A stretch of 64,000 nt of DNA from an uncultured Chloroflexia bacterium (GCA_963724295.1 CAVRUC010000004.1:224001-288000); one strand, 5' to 3'; shown: positions 28,896-38,298, counted from the first letter of the stretch. A program made the numbers and translations. Notes: generated by a model from the letters alone, not told the origin.

Positions 28896-29825
28896 TCAGG
28901 CGGCCGAGAGCGTATCGATCACGTGCCGCAGCGCCGCGGTGTGCTCGGGATGCGTCCCGCAGCAACCGCCGACCACCCGCGCTCCGAGGGCGATCCAATC
29001 CGCCGCGTGCTCCGCGTACCGCTCGCCGGTGATGCCCCCATCCGGGCTCCAACCGCGCCCGTCATCGACGTGGCCGACGTTGGCGTACGCCCCGATAGGG
29101 AGGGTGGTCAGGTCGCGCAGCTCCCGCAGCGCCGCGGTGATGACCGGCGGGGCGGCGCAGTTGACGAGGATCGCCGCCGGTGCCAGCGAACTCACTCGAG
29201 CTACGGCATCGTCGAGGGTTTCGCCGCTGAGCAGGCGAACCGGCTCACCTCGGCCGGGCCTGGCGCAGACGAACCCGACAGTTGCCGGGCAGCCAGTCTC
29301 GACGGCAGCTCGTAGCGCAATCTCTGCCTCCGTCGCCGTCGGCATCGTCTCGACCATGATCAGGTCAACCCCGGCCGCGGCGAGGTTGTCCGCCTGAGCC
29401 CGGTGCTCGGCGCGGGCGACCTCCGGTGGGGTCTCGAAGGTAGGCAGGTAGCAATCCTCCAGCGGCGCGATCGACCCGGCAATCCACGCTTCAGGACGCC
29501 CCGCTTCCGACTGCGCCTCGACCGCCAGGCGCACCGCTAGCGTATCCAGCTCCGTGGCGCGAGCGGGATCGATTCCGGCTTTGCGCAATGTGTGCGCGGT
29601 GGAGCGAAAGGTGTCGGTCGTGATGATATCGGCGCCGGCAAGGAGATTTTCGAGGTGGATCTGGCGCACCAGATCGGGTCGCTCCAGGAGACCGACCGCC
29701 GACCACAATGGGAGTGTTGTCGGCAAGCCGCGCCGGTCGAGGTCGCTCCCCATCGCGGCATCGAGCACGAGCGGCGTTCCTGAGCTCAACCGCTCCCGAA
29801 TAGTGGACCGCGATCCTTCGCTCAC
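28896..29825 (-). CDS. Homocysteine S-methyltransferase family protein
   Basis: LDAAMGS, AGADIITT, AGSIAP, VNC, GGCCGT (Zn ligands). Confidence 0.92.
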   Translation of the reverse strand: MSEGSRSTIRERLSSGTPLVLDAAMGSDLDRRGLPTTLPLWSAVGLLERPDLVRQIHLENLLAGADIITTDTFRSTAHTLRKAGIDPARATELDTLAVRLAVEAQSEAGRPEAWIAGSIAPLEDCYLPTFETPPEVARAEHRAQADNLAAAGVDLIMVETMPTATEAEIALRAAVETGCPATVGFVCARPGRGEPVRLLSGETLDDAVARVSSLAPAAILVNCAAPPVITAALRELRDLTTLPIGAYANVGHVDDGRGWSPDGGITGERYAEHAADWIALGARVVGGCCGTHPEHTAALRHVIDTLSAA

Positions 29826-30205
29826 GCCGGAACGCCGGCTCCCGCCATCCCTGTCATGTAGGCGATCACCGACAGGACCGCGGCTGCCAGCGCCCAGATC
29901 AGCAATGCCAGACCGCGCGTCTGCGCAGAGAGCCGCCGCGCGGATGAATGCTGCAATGCGACTGGAATCAGTACCAGCAGGGCGATCACCACGTGCGAAG
30001 GTGAGTTGCTAAAGCCGCTGGCAAGAAGTACCACGCCGACCAGGTACTGCAGTGCCAGGAGCCCGGCGGCGACGAAGGACGCCTGGCGAATCCATGGCAT
30101 ATCGCGTCCGGCCGCCGCGATCGCGGCCACGATCGCCATCACGATGAATGCGACGACGACCAGACCGCCCAGGATCTCATGGATACCGGATAGTCCCCCC
30201 TCCAC
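29822..30205 (-). CDS. Hypothetical four-TM membrane protein
   Basis: Four hydrophobic helices with two His residues. The stop overlaps the next start (GTGA). Confidence 0.7.
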   Translation of the reverse strand: MEGGLSGIHEILGGLVVVAFIVMAIVAAIAAAGRDMPWIRQASFVAAGLLALQYLVGVVLLASGFSNSPSHVVIALLVLIPVALQHSSARRLSAQTRGLALLIWALAAAVLSVIAYMTGMAGAGVPA

Positions 30206-30226
30206 CGCCTCGCCCCCGTTCTCTGT

Positions 30227-31438
30227 CTACCCGCGGCGCGCCGCCCGCGCCCCCAGAATCATGGCCGCCAGCAGCCCGGCCGCGCCGCCGGCGGCGATCG
30301 CGGTCGGCTTCGGCTCCGGTCCCGGGAGCACCACTCGCCCGTCGCCGTAGCTCTCGAACAGCCGTCCCCATTTCGTCTGCAGCGCGTCCTTGACCCGCTT
30401 CCGCCCGACAACGGGGTACCAGTAGACATTGTGATAGAAGTTGGAGGCGAAATAGCTCCAGCCCGCCAGCGGCGATTGCAGGAGCTGCTTCTCGTAGCGC
30501 TTCAGCGGTCCGTGGTAGATCAAGTGCTGGCCCTTCGAAGCGAACGTGTCTTCCTTGACGAACTTCCAGTCCTCGAGCGAGACGTCGTAACCGACGATCT
30601 CGATGTCCTTCGGTTCGCCGACTCCCAGCCCCTTCTCGTGCGCGATGCGGATGAACGGCAGGTCCATCGGCTGGAAACCCTGCATCTTCGCCGAGATGGC
30701 ATCGATGGCGACCTGATCGGCGCTGGCAAGCAGAATATCTTTCTCGTGCGGACGCATGGCTCGTGGTCCTGCGCCGTCACCGGCAAAGGTGCCGTCCATC
30801 ACGGCGAAGAGCCCGGAGTGGATATCCTGCTGGATCTGCAAGAGGTCGACCAGCGTCTCGTCGATCACGGCATGGGTGTGATGGCGACGATCGTTGAGCA
30901 GCCCCCCGAAGGCGTTCTTCATGGCCCCCGTGATCGTGGTGAAGACGTGCGTCTTGACCGTCGGCAACTGAATGATATTGCGGTCGTAGAACAGCTTGGG
31001 CACCTTCACCCCCTCGGGGAAGATGCGATCGAGCACCAGGAACGGCTTGGTCGGGGTGTAGGTGACCCACTCGACGTGCGGCTCATAGAGATGGACGTTT
31101 GCCACGCCGTAGCGATCGACGACGTACTTGTGCTTGTTGTTGCGCTCGCCAACCCGGGCGTCGACGACGACCGTGCCGTTATTCGCCGCGATCAGATTGT
31201 GGTAGCCGTCGTCTTGCAGGGTGCGAATAACCCCCTCCAGCTGCCACGGGGTCGTCGAGCAGGCGGGATACCACGTCTGCCACGAGATGTTGATCTTCAG
31301 GATCGTGTCGCGATCGCGAGGCAGCGCATCCTGGTACCCGGCGAGGTGCATCACCTCACCGACGTCAGTGAGGACCGTCTCTGGCCGCGTCTTGAGCGCC
31401 GCGACCTTGCCGCGACCGGGGAACTGTTCGGGAATCAT
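30227..31438 (-). CDS. DUF362 domain protein with C-terminal membrane anchor
   Basis: LKINISW, STTPWQLEG, LPTVKTH, TGAMKNAFGG, DQVAID. Confidence 0.85.
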   Translation of the reverse strand: MIPEQFPGRGKVAALKTRPETVLTDVGEVMHLAGYQDALPRDRDTILKINISWQTWYPACSTTPWQLEGVIRTLQDDGYHNLIAANNGTVVVDARVGERNNKHKYVVDRYGVANVHLYEPHVEWVTYTPTKPFLVLDRIFPEGVKVPKLFYDRNIIQLPTVKTHVFTTITGAMKNAFGGLLNDRRHHTHAVIDETLVDLLQIQQDIHSGLFAVMDGTFAGDGAGPRAMRPHEKDILLASADQVAIDAISAKMQGFQPMDLPFIRIAHEKGLGVGEPKDIEIVGYDVSLEDWKFVKEDTFASKGQHLIYHGPLKRYEKQLLQSPLAGWSYFASNFYHNVYWYPVVGRKRVKDALQTKWGRLFESYGDGRVVLPGPEPKPTAIAAGGAAGLLAAMILGARAARRG

Positions 31439-31598
31439 GGGTGACAACTGACCTTTCGGCGGGAGCACGGGAGATCGAGGATCTTAAAATATGCCGGCCC
31501 GTACCGTGGCCCGGCCAGTCCGATGCTACGCCGCCCGCGGGAGGGGGGTCAAGCTGGTGAGCCTTCGCTGGCCCTCGCCCTCAACCCTTCTCAAGAGT

Positions 31599-31708
31599 CC
31601 CTCACCCCAACCCCTCTCCCAGTGCGCTGGGCGAGGGGCTCGCTGCTGTGCCGCTCTGCTTTCCGCCCTTCTCCCCGCTCCGAGGGGAGAAGGGTTGGGG
31701 ATGAGGGG
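31599..31708. repeat. Bipartite GC hairpin doublet, copy 2 (reverse orientation)
   Basis: 31666-31694 is the exact reverse complement of the 29-mer at 8748. Confidence 0.9.
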
Positions 31709-31772
31709 TGGGCGTACAGCCGCTGCTAGACTCGCGAACCAACAGTCTGCCAGTGCGGACTGCAGCACGCGG

Positions 31773-33233
31773 ATGGAATGGGATCAACCGGTGACCCCTG
31801 ACGATGCCTGGCGTAGCCAGATGTGGGAGGAGATCGGTCGTGGGCTGGCCGCCCACGCCGTCATGCTGCGCGACTCCGAGATCGTCGACGACTCCATCGC
31901 GGCGTCACTCCTGACCGCGATCGATGGGGCTCGTCGTGGCCTCCCGCCGGACGTTCCCGGCTCCCTGGCGCTGGTCGCCGCGTTCGACGATCGCGTCGAC
32001 AGCCTCATCGCCGCCGGGGCTGCCGGAGCAGTTCGTATTGCCCGCGCCCGGCACGACCTCGCGGCCACCGCGCAACGGCTGGTGCTGCGCGATCGTGCGC
32101 TCGCTCTCGCCGCCGCTCTGGACTCCTCACGAAGCGCGGTGATCGACCTGGCGGAGAGCCACGTCTTCACGCTCATGCCGGTCTGGTCCGGGAGCAGCCC
32201 CCTGCAACCGACGAACGTTGCCCATTTTCTGACGGGTACGATTGCTCCGCTGGGCCGCTCAGCGCGGAAGCTCCATGGGCTCTACGAGGATCTCGACCGC
32301 TCGCCGCTCGGCTCCGCCGCGCTGGCGGGACCGGGTCTGCCGGTCGATCGGGACGAGACCTCCGATCTCCTGGGGAGCGAAGGTCCTGTCGAGAGCACAT
32401 TTGACGCCCTTTCCGCGGTCGACCATCTCGTCGCGGCCGGGGATGCCGCGGCGGCATCCGTCACCCCCGTGCGACGGCTCGCCAGCGAGCTAATGCTGTG
32501 GCTGCGTACCGAGCCTCAGGCGCTACGCCTCGCCGACGAGCTCCTCGCCGCACCCGACGCCAACCTCCCGCATTTTCGCCCCCCGGCGCTGCTCGAACGC
32601 TTGGCAGCGGACGCTCGGCAGGTGGAAAGCGATGCGGCGGCCATCGCCAGCATGACTCGCGACATTCCCTATGGACCCGTCGGCGAGATGGCCGACTTGC
32701 CCGCCGAGACCGCCGGCGCCGCGCTCTCCAGGGCGGCGACTTCTCATGCGACATTCGCAATGGTGCTCGGAGGTCCCATCGAGATCAACCGCGCGTGGCT
32801 GGCCCGCAACGCCGGTCAAGCCCTGGTCACCTCCGGTGATCTGACCGACTTCTTCATGGCGGAGGAGGCGCTCGACCCCGCCGCGGCGCGTGAGATCGCC
32901 GCGATGACCACCAGCCGGGCCCGGCAGGAAGGGCTGGAGGCGAGCGCCATTACGCCGGCCATGATCGACGCCGCGGCGCTGCTGGTCATCGGACGCGAGC
33001 TCGGCATCGAGATCGAGCGGCTCGGCGCCTACCTCGCGCCGCGACGTTTCATTGAGAAGCGCACCGTCCTCGGTGGACCAGCCGCTCCCGCCGTGCGGGA
33101 CTACCTGAGCCTGGAGCGGAACCGCCTCGAGGCAGACCAGCGTTGGCTGGAGGAGAAACGCCGCCGCATCGCTTTGGCGGAGGAAAACCTGGAGATCCGC
33201 ACCCGCGAGATCCTCGACGCGGTTTCCGGGTAA
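31773..33233 (+). CDS. Argininosuccinate-lyase-like protein lacking catalytic motifs
   Basis: AHAVML, ARARHDLAAT, MP.W....LQPT, SPLGSAALAG..LP.DR, GGPAAP give an ArgH fold. No TH and no SSxMPxKxN. Confidence 0.8.
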   Translation: MEWDQPVTPDDAWRSQMWEEIGRGLAAHAVMLRDSEIVDDSIAASLLTAIDGARRGLPPDVPGSLALVAAFDDRVDSLIAAGAAGAVRIARARHDLAATAQRLVLRDRALALAAALDSSRSAVIDLAESHVFTLMPVWSGSSPLQPTNVAHFLTGTIAPLGRSARKLHGLYEDLDRSPLGSAALAGPGLPVDRDETSDLLGSEGPVESTFDALSAVDHLVAAGDAAAASVTPVRRLASELMLWLRTEPQALRLADELLAAPDANLPHFRPPALLERLAADARQVESDAAAIASMTRDIPYGPVGEMADLPAETAGAALSRAATSHATFAMVLGGPIEINRAWLARNAGQALVTSGDLTDFFMAEEALDPAAAREIAAMTTSRARQEGLEASAITPAMIDAAALLVIGRELGIEIERLGAYLAPRRFIEKRTVLGGPAAPAVRDYLSLERNRLEADQRWLEEKRRRIALAEENLEIRTREILDAVSG

Positions 33234-33287
33234 AGCGGTCGCCGGGTTACGACATCCAACAATCGCCATCACTGCACCGCGCCGGGG

Positions 33288-33293
33288 TACAAT
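33288..33293 (+). promoter_or_regulatory. Putative -10 box for hflX
   Basis: TACAAT about 30 nt upstream of the GAGGAGGT Shine-Dalgarno. Confidence 0.55.
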
Positions 33294-33335
33294 TGGGAGT
33301 CCACCGCCGTCAGACGTAATCCCGAGGAGGTTCCC

Positions 33336-34730
33336 ATTCCACGCTCTCCCCATTCCACGAACAGCCCAACTGAACAGGCCCTCCTGATCGCAGTCGAGCG
33401 TCAGAATCAGCCCTGGGCGGCAACCGATTCCCTGGAAGAGCTGGCGCGGCTGGCCGAAACTGTCGACGTCGAGGTCGTGGGCTCGGTAACCCAGAAGCTC
33501 GCGCATCCCCTGGCCGGTACCTACGTTGGCAAGGGAAAGCTCGAGGAGATCAAGGCCCGGCGCGATGACGTCGGTTACGACGTCGTCATGGTCGATGACG
33601 ACCTCAGCCCAGCCCAGCAGCGCAACCTGGAGCGTGCGCTCGACGTCAAGGTCATCGATCGCACAGCGCTCATCCTCGATGTCTTCGCCCGCCGCGCGGC
33701 GACGCACGAGGGACGCCTGCAGGTCGAGCTGGCCCAGCTCGAGTACCGGCTGCCGCGTCTGACCGGTTTGTGGACCCACCTTTCACGGCAGGGTGTCGGC
33801 GGCGTCGGTCTGCGCGGCCCTGGTGAGACCCAGCTCGAAAGTGACCGGCGCGAGCTCGGCAAACGGATCGTCCATATCAAGCGCGAGCTGGCCGACGTCC
33901 ACACCCATCGCCAGCACTACCGCGACCGCAGGCGTGACGTGCCGATTCCGGTCGTCGCCCTCGTCGGGTACACAAACGCCGGCAAAAGCACGCTCCTCAA
34001 CGCACTGACCGGATCGACCGTGATGGCCGAAGACAAGCTCTTCGCCACCCTCGATCCCACCACTCGCCGCCGCGCGGTGCCCAGTGGCCGGGAGGTACTG
34101 TTTACCGACACCGTCGGCTTCATCAACAACCTGCCCACCCTGCTGATCGCCGCCTTCCGCGCCACCCTGGAGGAGATCAACGAGGCTACGGTGCTGTTGC
34201 ACGTGGTCGACGTCACGCACCCCAATGCACCGGAGCAGATGCAGACGGTCATCGACGTGCTGGAGGAGCTGGGCGCCGACGACAAACCAGTGGTGACGGC
34301 ACTCAACAAGGTCGACCGCCTGATGCCGAATGGATCGGGCGAACCGTTGCTAGACGACCTGCTCGCCAGGTTAGGTCCAGCCGCCGATCTGGCGGTCAAT
34401 CCCATCCCCATCTCGGCTCGGGACGGCACCGGGTTCGACCAACTGCTGGCACAGGTCGAGGTGGCGCTGGAAGAGGACGCCGGCTTTGTACCGGTGACGC
34501 TCACCGCGCCGTTCGCCCAGAGCGAGCTCGTCGACCGTTTTCACCGGCTGGGACGCGTGAACGAGACCAGCTTCGATGAATCAGGCACGACCCTGCAAGG
34601 ATACCTCCCGGTCGGTGAGCTGGGACGGTTCGCGCCCTATCTCGTGCGCCGGACGGACGATGGCAGCGCGAATGGCAGGACCGAGCGGGGCACCTCGATC
34701 GCGGCGCCGACTTCAGTCCTCCAGGACTAG
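33336..34730 (+). CDS. hflX: Ribosome-splitting GTPase HflX, probable ATT start
   Basis: EQALLIAV, SLEELARLAET, YVGKGK, GPGETQLE.DRR, GYTNAGKS, LFATLDPT, DTVG, NKVD, SA. Confidence 0.97.
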   Translation: MPRSPHSTNSPTEQALLIAVERQNQPWAATDSLEELARLAETVDVEVVGSVTQKLAHPLAGTYVGKGKLEEIKARRDDVGYDVVMVDDDLSPAQQRNLERALDVKVIDRTALILDVFARRAATHEGRLQVELAQLEYRLPRLTGLWTHLSRQGVGGVGLRGPGETQLESDRRELGKRIVHIKRELADVHTHRQHYRDRRRDVPIPVVALVGYTNAGKSTLLNALTGSTVMAEDKLFATLDPTTRRRAVPSGREVLFTDTVGFINNLPTLLIAAFRATLEEINEATVLLHVVDVTHPNAPEQMQTVIDVLEELGADDKPVVTALNKVDRLMPNGSGEPLLDDLLARLGPAADLAVNPIPISARDGTGFDQLLAQVEVALEEDAGFVPVTLTAPFAQSELVDRFHRLGRVNETSFDESGTTLQGYLPVGELGRFAPYLVRRTDDGSANGRTERGTSIAAPTSVLQD

Positions 34731-34732
34731 TT

Positions 34733-35308
34733 GTGGCGCTGATCGATCTCGAAGCACGTGAGATCCACGCCAAGATCGTCTATTTCGGACCAGAGCTGAG
34801 CGGCAAGACGACGACGCTGCGCGCCATCGCGGAGGGTGTTCCGCCGGAGACCCGCGGCGCCTTCCGCTCGATCGCCTCTGAATCGGCGCGCACTATCTTC
34901 TCGGACTCCCTGCCGATCGATCTTGGCGAGCGCCTTGGATTCCGGTTGCACTGGCATCTCTACACCGTGCCCGGCCAGCCGAGATCATCCGGCGCGCGCG
35001 CCGCGGTGCTGCAAGGGGTCGACGGCATCGTCTTCGTTGCCGATTCCGCGCCGCTTCGCATGGCGGAGAACATGGCCTCGCTGGCGGAGCTCAAGGCCCT
35101 GCTGGCGGGGCAAGCAAAATCGCTGGAGAGCTTCCCGGTCGTCCTGGAGTGCAACAAGGCGGATCTCCCGGGTGCGACGCCCGCGATCGACCTCGCCACC
35201 TCGCTCCACCTTCCCACGTCCACCGCCGTCCGGGCCTCGGCCATCAACGGCGAAGGGGTCTTCGACGCCCTGCGCGCGATCAGCAAGCAGGTCGCGGCCA
35301 GACTGTAG
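34733..35308 (+). CDS. mglA: MglA-family small Ras-like GTPase
   Basis: REIHAKIVYFGPELSGKTT, RT at 53-54, LYTVPGQ (Q82), DGIVFVADS, NKAD, SA. Confidence 0.88.
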   Translation: MALIDLEAREIHAKIVYFGPELSGKTTTLRAIAEGVPPETRGAFRSIASESARTIFSDSLPIDLGERLGFRLHWHLYTVPGQPRSSGARAAVLQGVDGIVFVADSAPLRMAENMASLAELKALLAGQAKSLESFPVVLECNKADLPGATPAIDLATSLHLPTSTAVRASAINGEGVFDALRAISKQVAARL

Positions 35309-35383
35309 CGGACCTCTCCTCACCCCAAGCCGCCGAGACGTCGGTCGGCAGCCGATTCGAAAGCCGCGAGGGGTTGGACCCAT

Positions 35384-35479
35384 GTAGGGGCACGGCATGC
35401 CGTGCCCGCTGTCGCCCGCCGCGACATCACAGGTCCCACGCCGGAATATCGACAAGCGACGCTGCGAGGCCGCCCCTCC
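35384..35479. repeat. GTAG-family REP with a degenerate inverted partner
   Basis: GTAG overlapping the perfect palindrome GGGCACGGCATGCCGTGCCC (35384-35407). Degenerate inverted copy ending GCCCCTCC near 35479. Confidence 0.75.
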
Positions 35480-35543
35480 GCCGAAAATGATGCCAAAATC
35501 GGGTCGCGGGGCAGCGGCCAGGTACCGGAGGAGGTGATGGACC

Positions 35544-36320
35544 GTGGTTGCGTTCAGCGTCGATTTGACTGGCAGGGTGGCGATCGTCACCGGCGCAAGC
35601 CGGCGGCGCGGCATCGGGGCCGCGATCTGCCGTGCCCTTGCTAGCCACGGCGCCGATGTCCTGTTCACGCACTGGCAACCCTTCGATCAGACCCAGCCGC
35701 ATGGCGCCGACCCGGATGGTCCGACGGTGCTGCAGCGCGAGCTGCAGGGGTTCGGGGTGCGGGTCGAGGAGCTATCAGTCGACCTCGCCGACCCCGCCGG
35801 CCCGTCCCGCGTATTGGATGCGGTCGAGACGCGGCTCGGTGCCCCGTCGATCCTGGTGAACAACGCCGCCCACTCCACGAACGACGACTACCGGACGCTC
35901 GATGCCGCCTCACTCGATGCCCACTACGCGGTCAACGTGCGGGCCACGGCGCTGCTATCCGTCGAATTCGCGCGTCGTTACCGCGGTGGTCCCGGCGGCC
36001 GGATCATCAACCTCTCGTCCGGACAGGGTGTGGGGCCGATGCCGGACGAGCTCTCCTACGCCACGAGCAAGGGCGCCATCGAGGCCTTCACTGCATCGCT
36101 GGCGGCCGGTGTGGCCGCCAGGGGAATCACGGTCAACGCCGTCGATCCGGGCGGCACAGACACCGGCTGGATGCCCGAGGAACTCAAGGCGGACATCTTG
36201 CGCGAAATGGGGTTCGGCCGAATCGGTCAGCCGGAGGACGCGGCGCGCCTGATCCTGTTCCTGGCCAGCGATGCCGGGGCGTGGATTACCGGGCAGACGA
36301 TCCACTCCCGCGGCGCGTGA
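35544..36320 (+). CDS. SDR family oxidoreductase
   Basis: TGASRRRGIG, NNAA, SSG, YATSK, DPG.TDTGWM. Confidence 0.93.
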   Translation: MVAFSVDLTGRVAIVTGASRRRGIGAAICRALASHGADVLFTHWQPFDQTQPHGADPDGPTVLQRELQGFGVRVEELSVDLADPAGPSRVLDAVETRLGAPSILVNNAAHSTNDDYRTLDAASLDAHYAVNVRATALLSVEFARRYRGGPGGRIINLSSGQGVGPMPDELSYATSKGAIEAFTASLAAGVAARGITVNAVDPGGTDTGWMPEELKADILREMGFGRIGQPEDAARLILFLASDAGAWITGQTIHSRGA

Positions 36321-36505
36321 GCGGGGTAATCCTGGCTGCTCCCCCATCGGCTACATTCTTGTCTCCCACAAAGTGCATTTGAGTCGCTAACGTCGGCCGG
36401 ACGCTCCGTCCCTCTTGAACCGATCGGACGGGGTGCGCAGGAAGGCGGCCCTCGCCGTCCTCGGGTATCATCCGCGCCGTTCCCGACCCGAGAGGAGGCG
36501 ATGCA

Positions 36506-36886
36506 GTGACGACATCCCACGGCTTGACGTTCACGATGGCCACGCTCAGTTCGCCGGACCCTCCCGCGCTGGCGCGCTTCTACGCACGGCTGCTGGAATG
36601 GGAGATCGAGACTGAGGATCCCGGGTGGGCGACGCTGCGCAACCCCGCTGGCGGTGTTGGCCTGGGCTTCCACATCGAGGACGTCTACACCCCACCGGTA
36701 TGGCCATCCCGGCCGGGCGAGCAGCTGATGATGGGACACCTAGAGATTCGGGTCGACGACCTGGAGGCCGCGTGCGCCCACGCCCAGGCGTGCGGGGCGA
36801 CGCTGGCCGACTTCCAGCCCCAGGACGATGTTCGCGTCCACTTCGACCCGGACGGGCACCCGTTCTGCCTTTACCTCGAGACGTAA
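36506..36886 (+). CDS. VOC/glyoxalase family protein
   Basis: DPPALARFY..LL.W, HLEIRV.DL, DPDGHPFCL. GAGGAGG RBS. Confidence 0.92.
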   Translation: MTTSHGLTFTMATLSSPDPPALARFYARLLEWEIETEDPGWATLRNPAGGVGLGFHIEDVYTPPVWPSRPGEQLMMGHLEIRVDDLEAACAHAQACGATLADFQPQDDVRVHFDPDGHPFCLYLET

Positions 36887-36983
36887 AGCGCACCGGGCGA
36901 GTACGCTCGGTTCGCGTGCCTGTGAGGGCTGCTTGCGCCGCTCGTCCCATAAGTGGATGAGCTGACCACACCCCACACCCTCG

Positions 36984-37481
36984 TCAACCCCGCTCCGCGT
37001 CGTGCGCTGACCAGAGTCTTTCCAGCCAGTCCGGTACGGTGGCGTCCGGACGCAGATCGTCGCGTGGCGCGTAGCCCTTGATGTCGAGAATCGGGGTGCC
37101 CGGCCAGGCGTCGATGCCGCTGACCCACAGGGTGCGACCCGCGCGGCGAAGCAGTTGTGGAGCGCTGACGCCGAGCGGGTTCGGACGGCGCGGGGTACGA
37201 GTCGCAAACAGTCCCACCTCCGGCAGCTCTGTGCGCCCCTCTGGCACGTGTCTGCGAGGCGTCCGCGCCCGGCGGGCTCGGTCGAGCCAGAAGATCACGA
37301 AGAGGTGGCTGTACTCCTCGATGCCGGCGAGTGCGTCCTCCCAGCGCGGCAGGATCTCGAGCGCGGTCTCAGCCCAGGGGTCGTAAAACGCCTCGGGATC
37401 AGGCTCCGCAGCACCAGGTCGACGCACGTACCCAATCGGCTGCACACGGAACCAACGAGACGGCCGTTCCCCTGTGGTCAT
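36984..37481 (-). CDS. TsaA/TrmO-family SAM-binding methyltransferase
   Basis: PIGYV, YSHL, GLFATRTPRRPNPLG, GTPILDIK.Y. Confidence 0.9.
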   Translation of the reverse strand: MTTGERPSRWFRVQPIGYVRRPGAAEPDPEAFYDPWAETALEILPRWEDALAGIEEYSHLFVIFWLDRARRARTPRRHVPEGRTELPEVGLFATRTPRRPNPLGVSAPQLLRRAGRTLWVSGIDAWPGTPILDIKGYAPRDDLRPDATVPDWLERLWSAHDAERG

Positions 37482-37648
37482 TCCGATCTCCCTAAGCTCT
37501 TCGCGCGGTTGCAGAGTCCGGGCATGGTAGCGACGAGGCGAACCAGGTCCTCCTCAGGCAGATGACCAATCAGCTCCGGTCGCTTTCAGAATCAACCCGG
37601 CAAGAGGGCGTACAAAGCGAAGTGGCACCGGGTCATTCGGTGCCCGCA

Positions 37649-38298
37649 GAACCGGTTTCATAATTGAGTAGGCCTCACGAGCTAGCTGCCCTGCGTTGCA
37701 AGCTCCCAATCGAGAGGATTACCTTCGGGCAGGTCCAGCACACCGAGCCGTTCGAGGAGATGGAGCGCCTCGCTGCGGTGTTGCGCGTTGTGCAGGATGA
37801 CGTGCAGGATCGTGCTGCCAAGCGTCACGGGCTCGTCAACGAAGGTGTCTTCCAGGCGCTGCTCGTCACGCACCTGGCGTGCGAAGGCCGCGAAGGTAGC
37901 ATATGCACGCTCGTGGCGGTCCAGCAGCGCCGCCAGAGACCGGCCTTCGCCTGGACCATTGCCTGCCCCATCAACCGGCTGCCCGGTCATGACCGCGGTC
38001 CAGAACTCGACGACAGAGCTCATGTGCTCGAAGGTGGCGCGCAACGTCTGGTGTCCGATGTCGAACTCCTGATCCAGCTGCGCGTCAGTCAAACCGCGAC
38101 TCAGCGCCAGGAATTGGGCCGTCGTCCAGTGATCGTGTCCCAACAGGCGATCAAGAAGATCCATTCGAGGCCTTTCATATGCAATGCCCACCTCGCGTGA
38201 TTGCGACGAACGCATGCTAGAGGACAAAGCGGGCATCCGGCTCCAATCACGGGACGATCGCCCAGCTTCGGAGCTGCAATGCGGTATGAAACTGGTTC
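37649..38298. mobile_element. Possible non-autonomous IR-flanked cassette carrying a DinB gene
   Basis: GAACCGGTTTCATA (37649-37662) and TATGAAACTGGTTC (38285-38298) match as inverted repeats at 13/14. No transposase inside. Confidence 0.4.
37682..38164 (-). CDS. DinB/YfiT family protein
   Basis: MDLLDRLLGHDHW, TLRATFEHM, LHVILHNAQHRSE (His triad). Confidence 0.9.
   Translation of the reverse strand: MDLLDRLLGHDHWTTAQFLALSRGLTDAQLDQEFDIGHQTLRATFEHMSSVVEFWTAVMTGQPVDGAGNGPGEGRSLAALLDRHERAYATFAAFARQVRDEQRLEDTFVDEPVTLGSTILHVILHNAQHRSEALHLLERLGVLDLPEGNPLDWELATQGS

Noticed and set aside
37619..37643. AAGTGGCACCGGGTCATTCGGTGC resembles the 3' hairpin of the SpCas9 tracrRNA
   Set aside because: Short imperfect match in GC-rich DNA, with no anti-repeat, cas genes or array. 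An ordinary hairpin is sufficient explanation.
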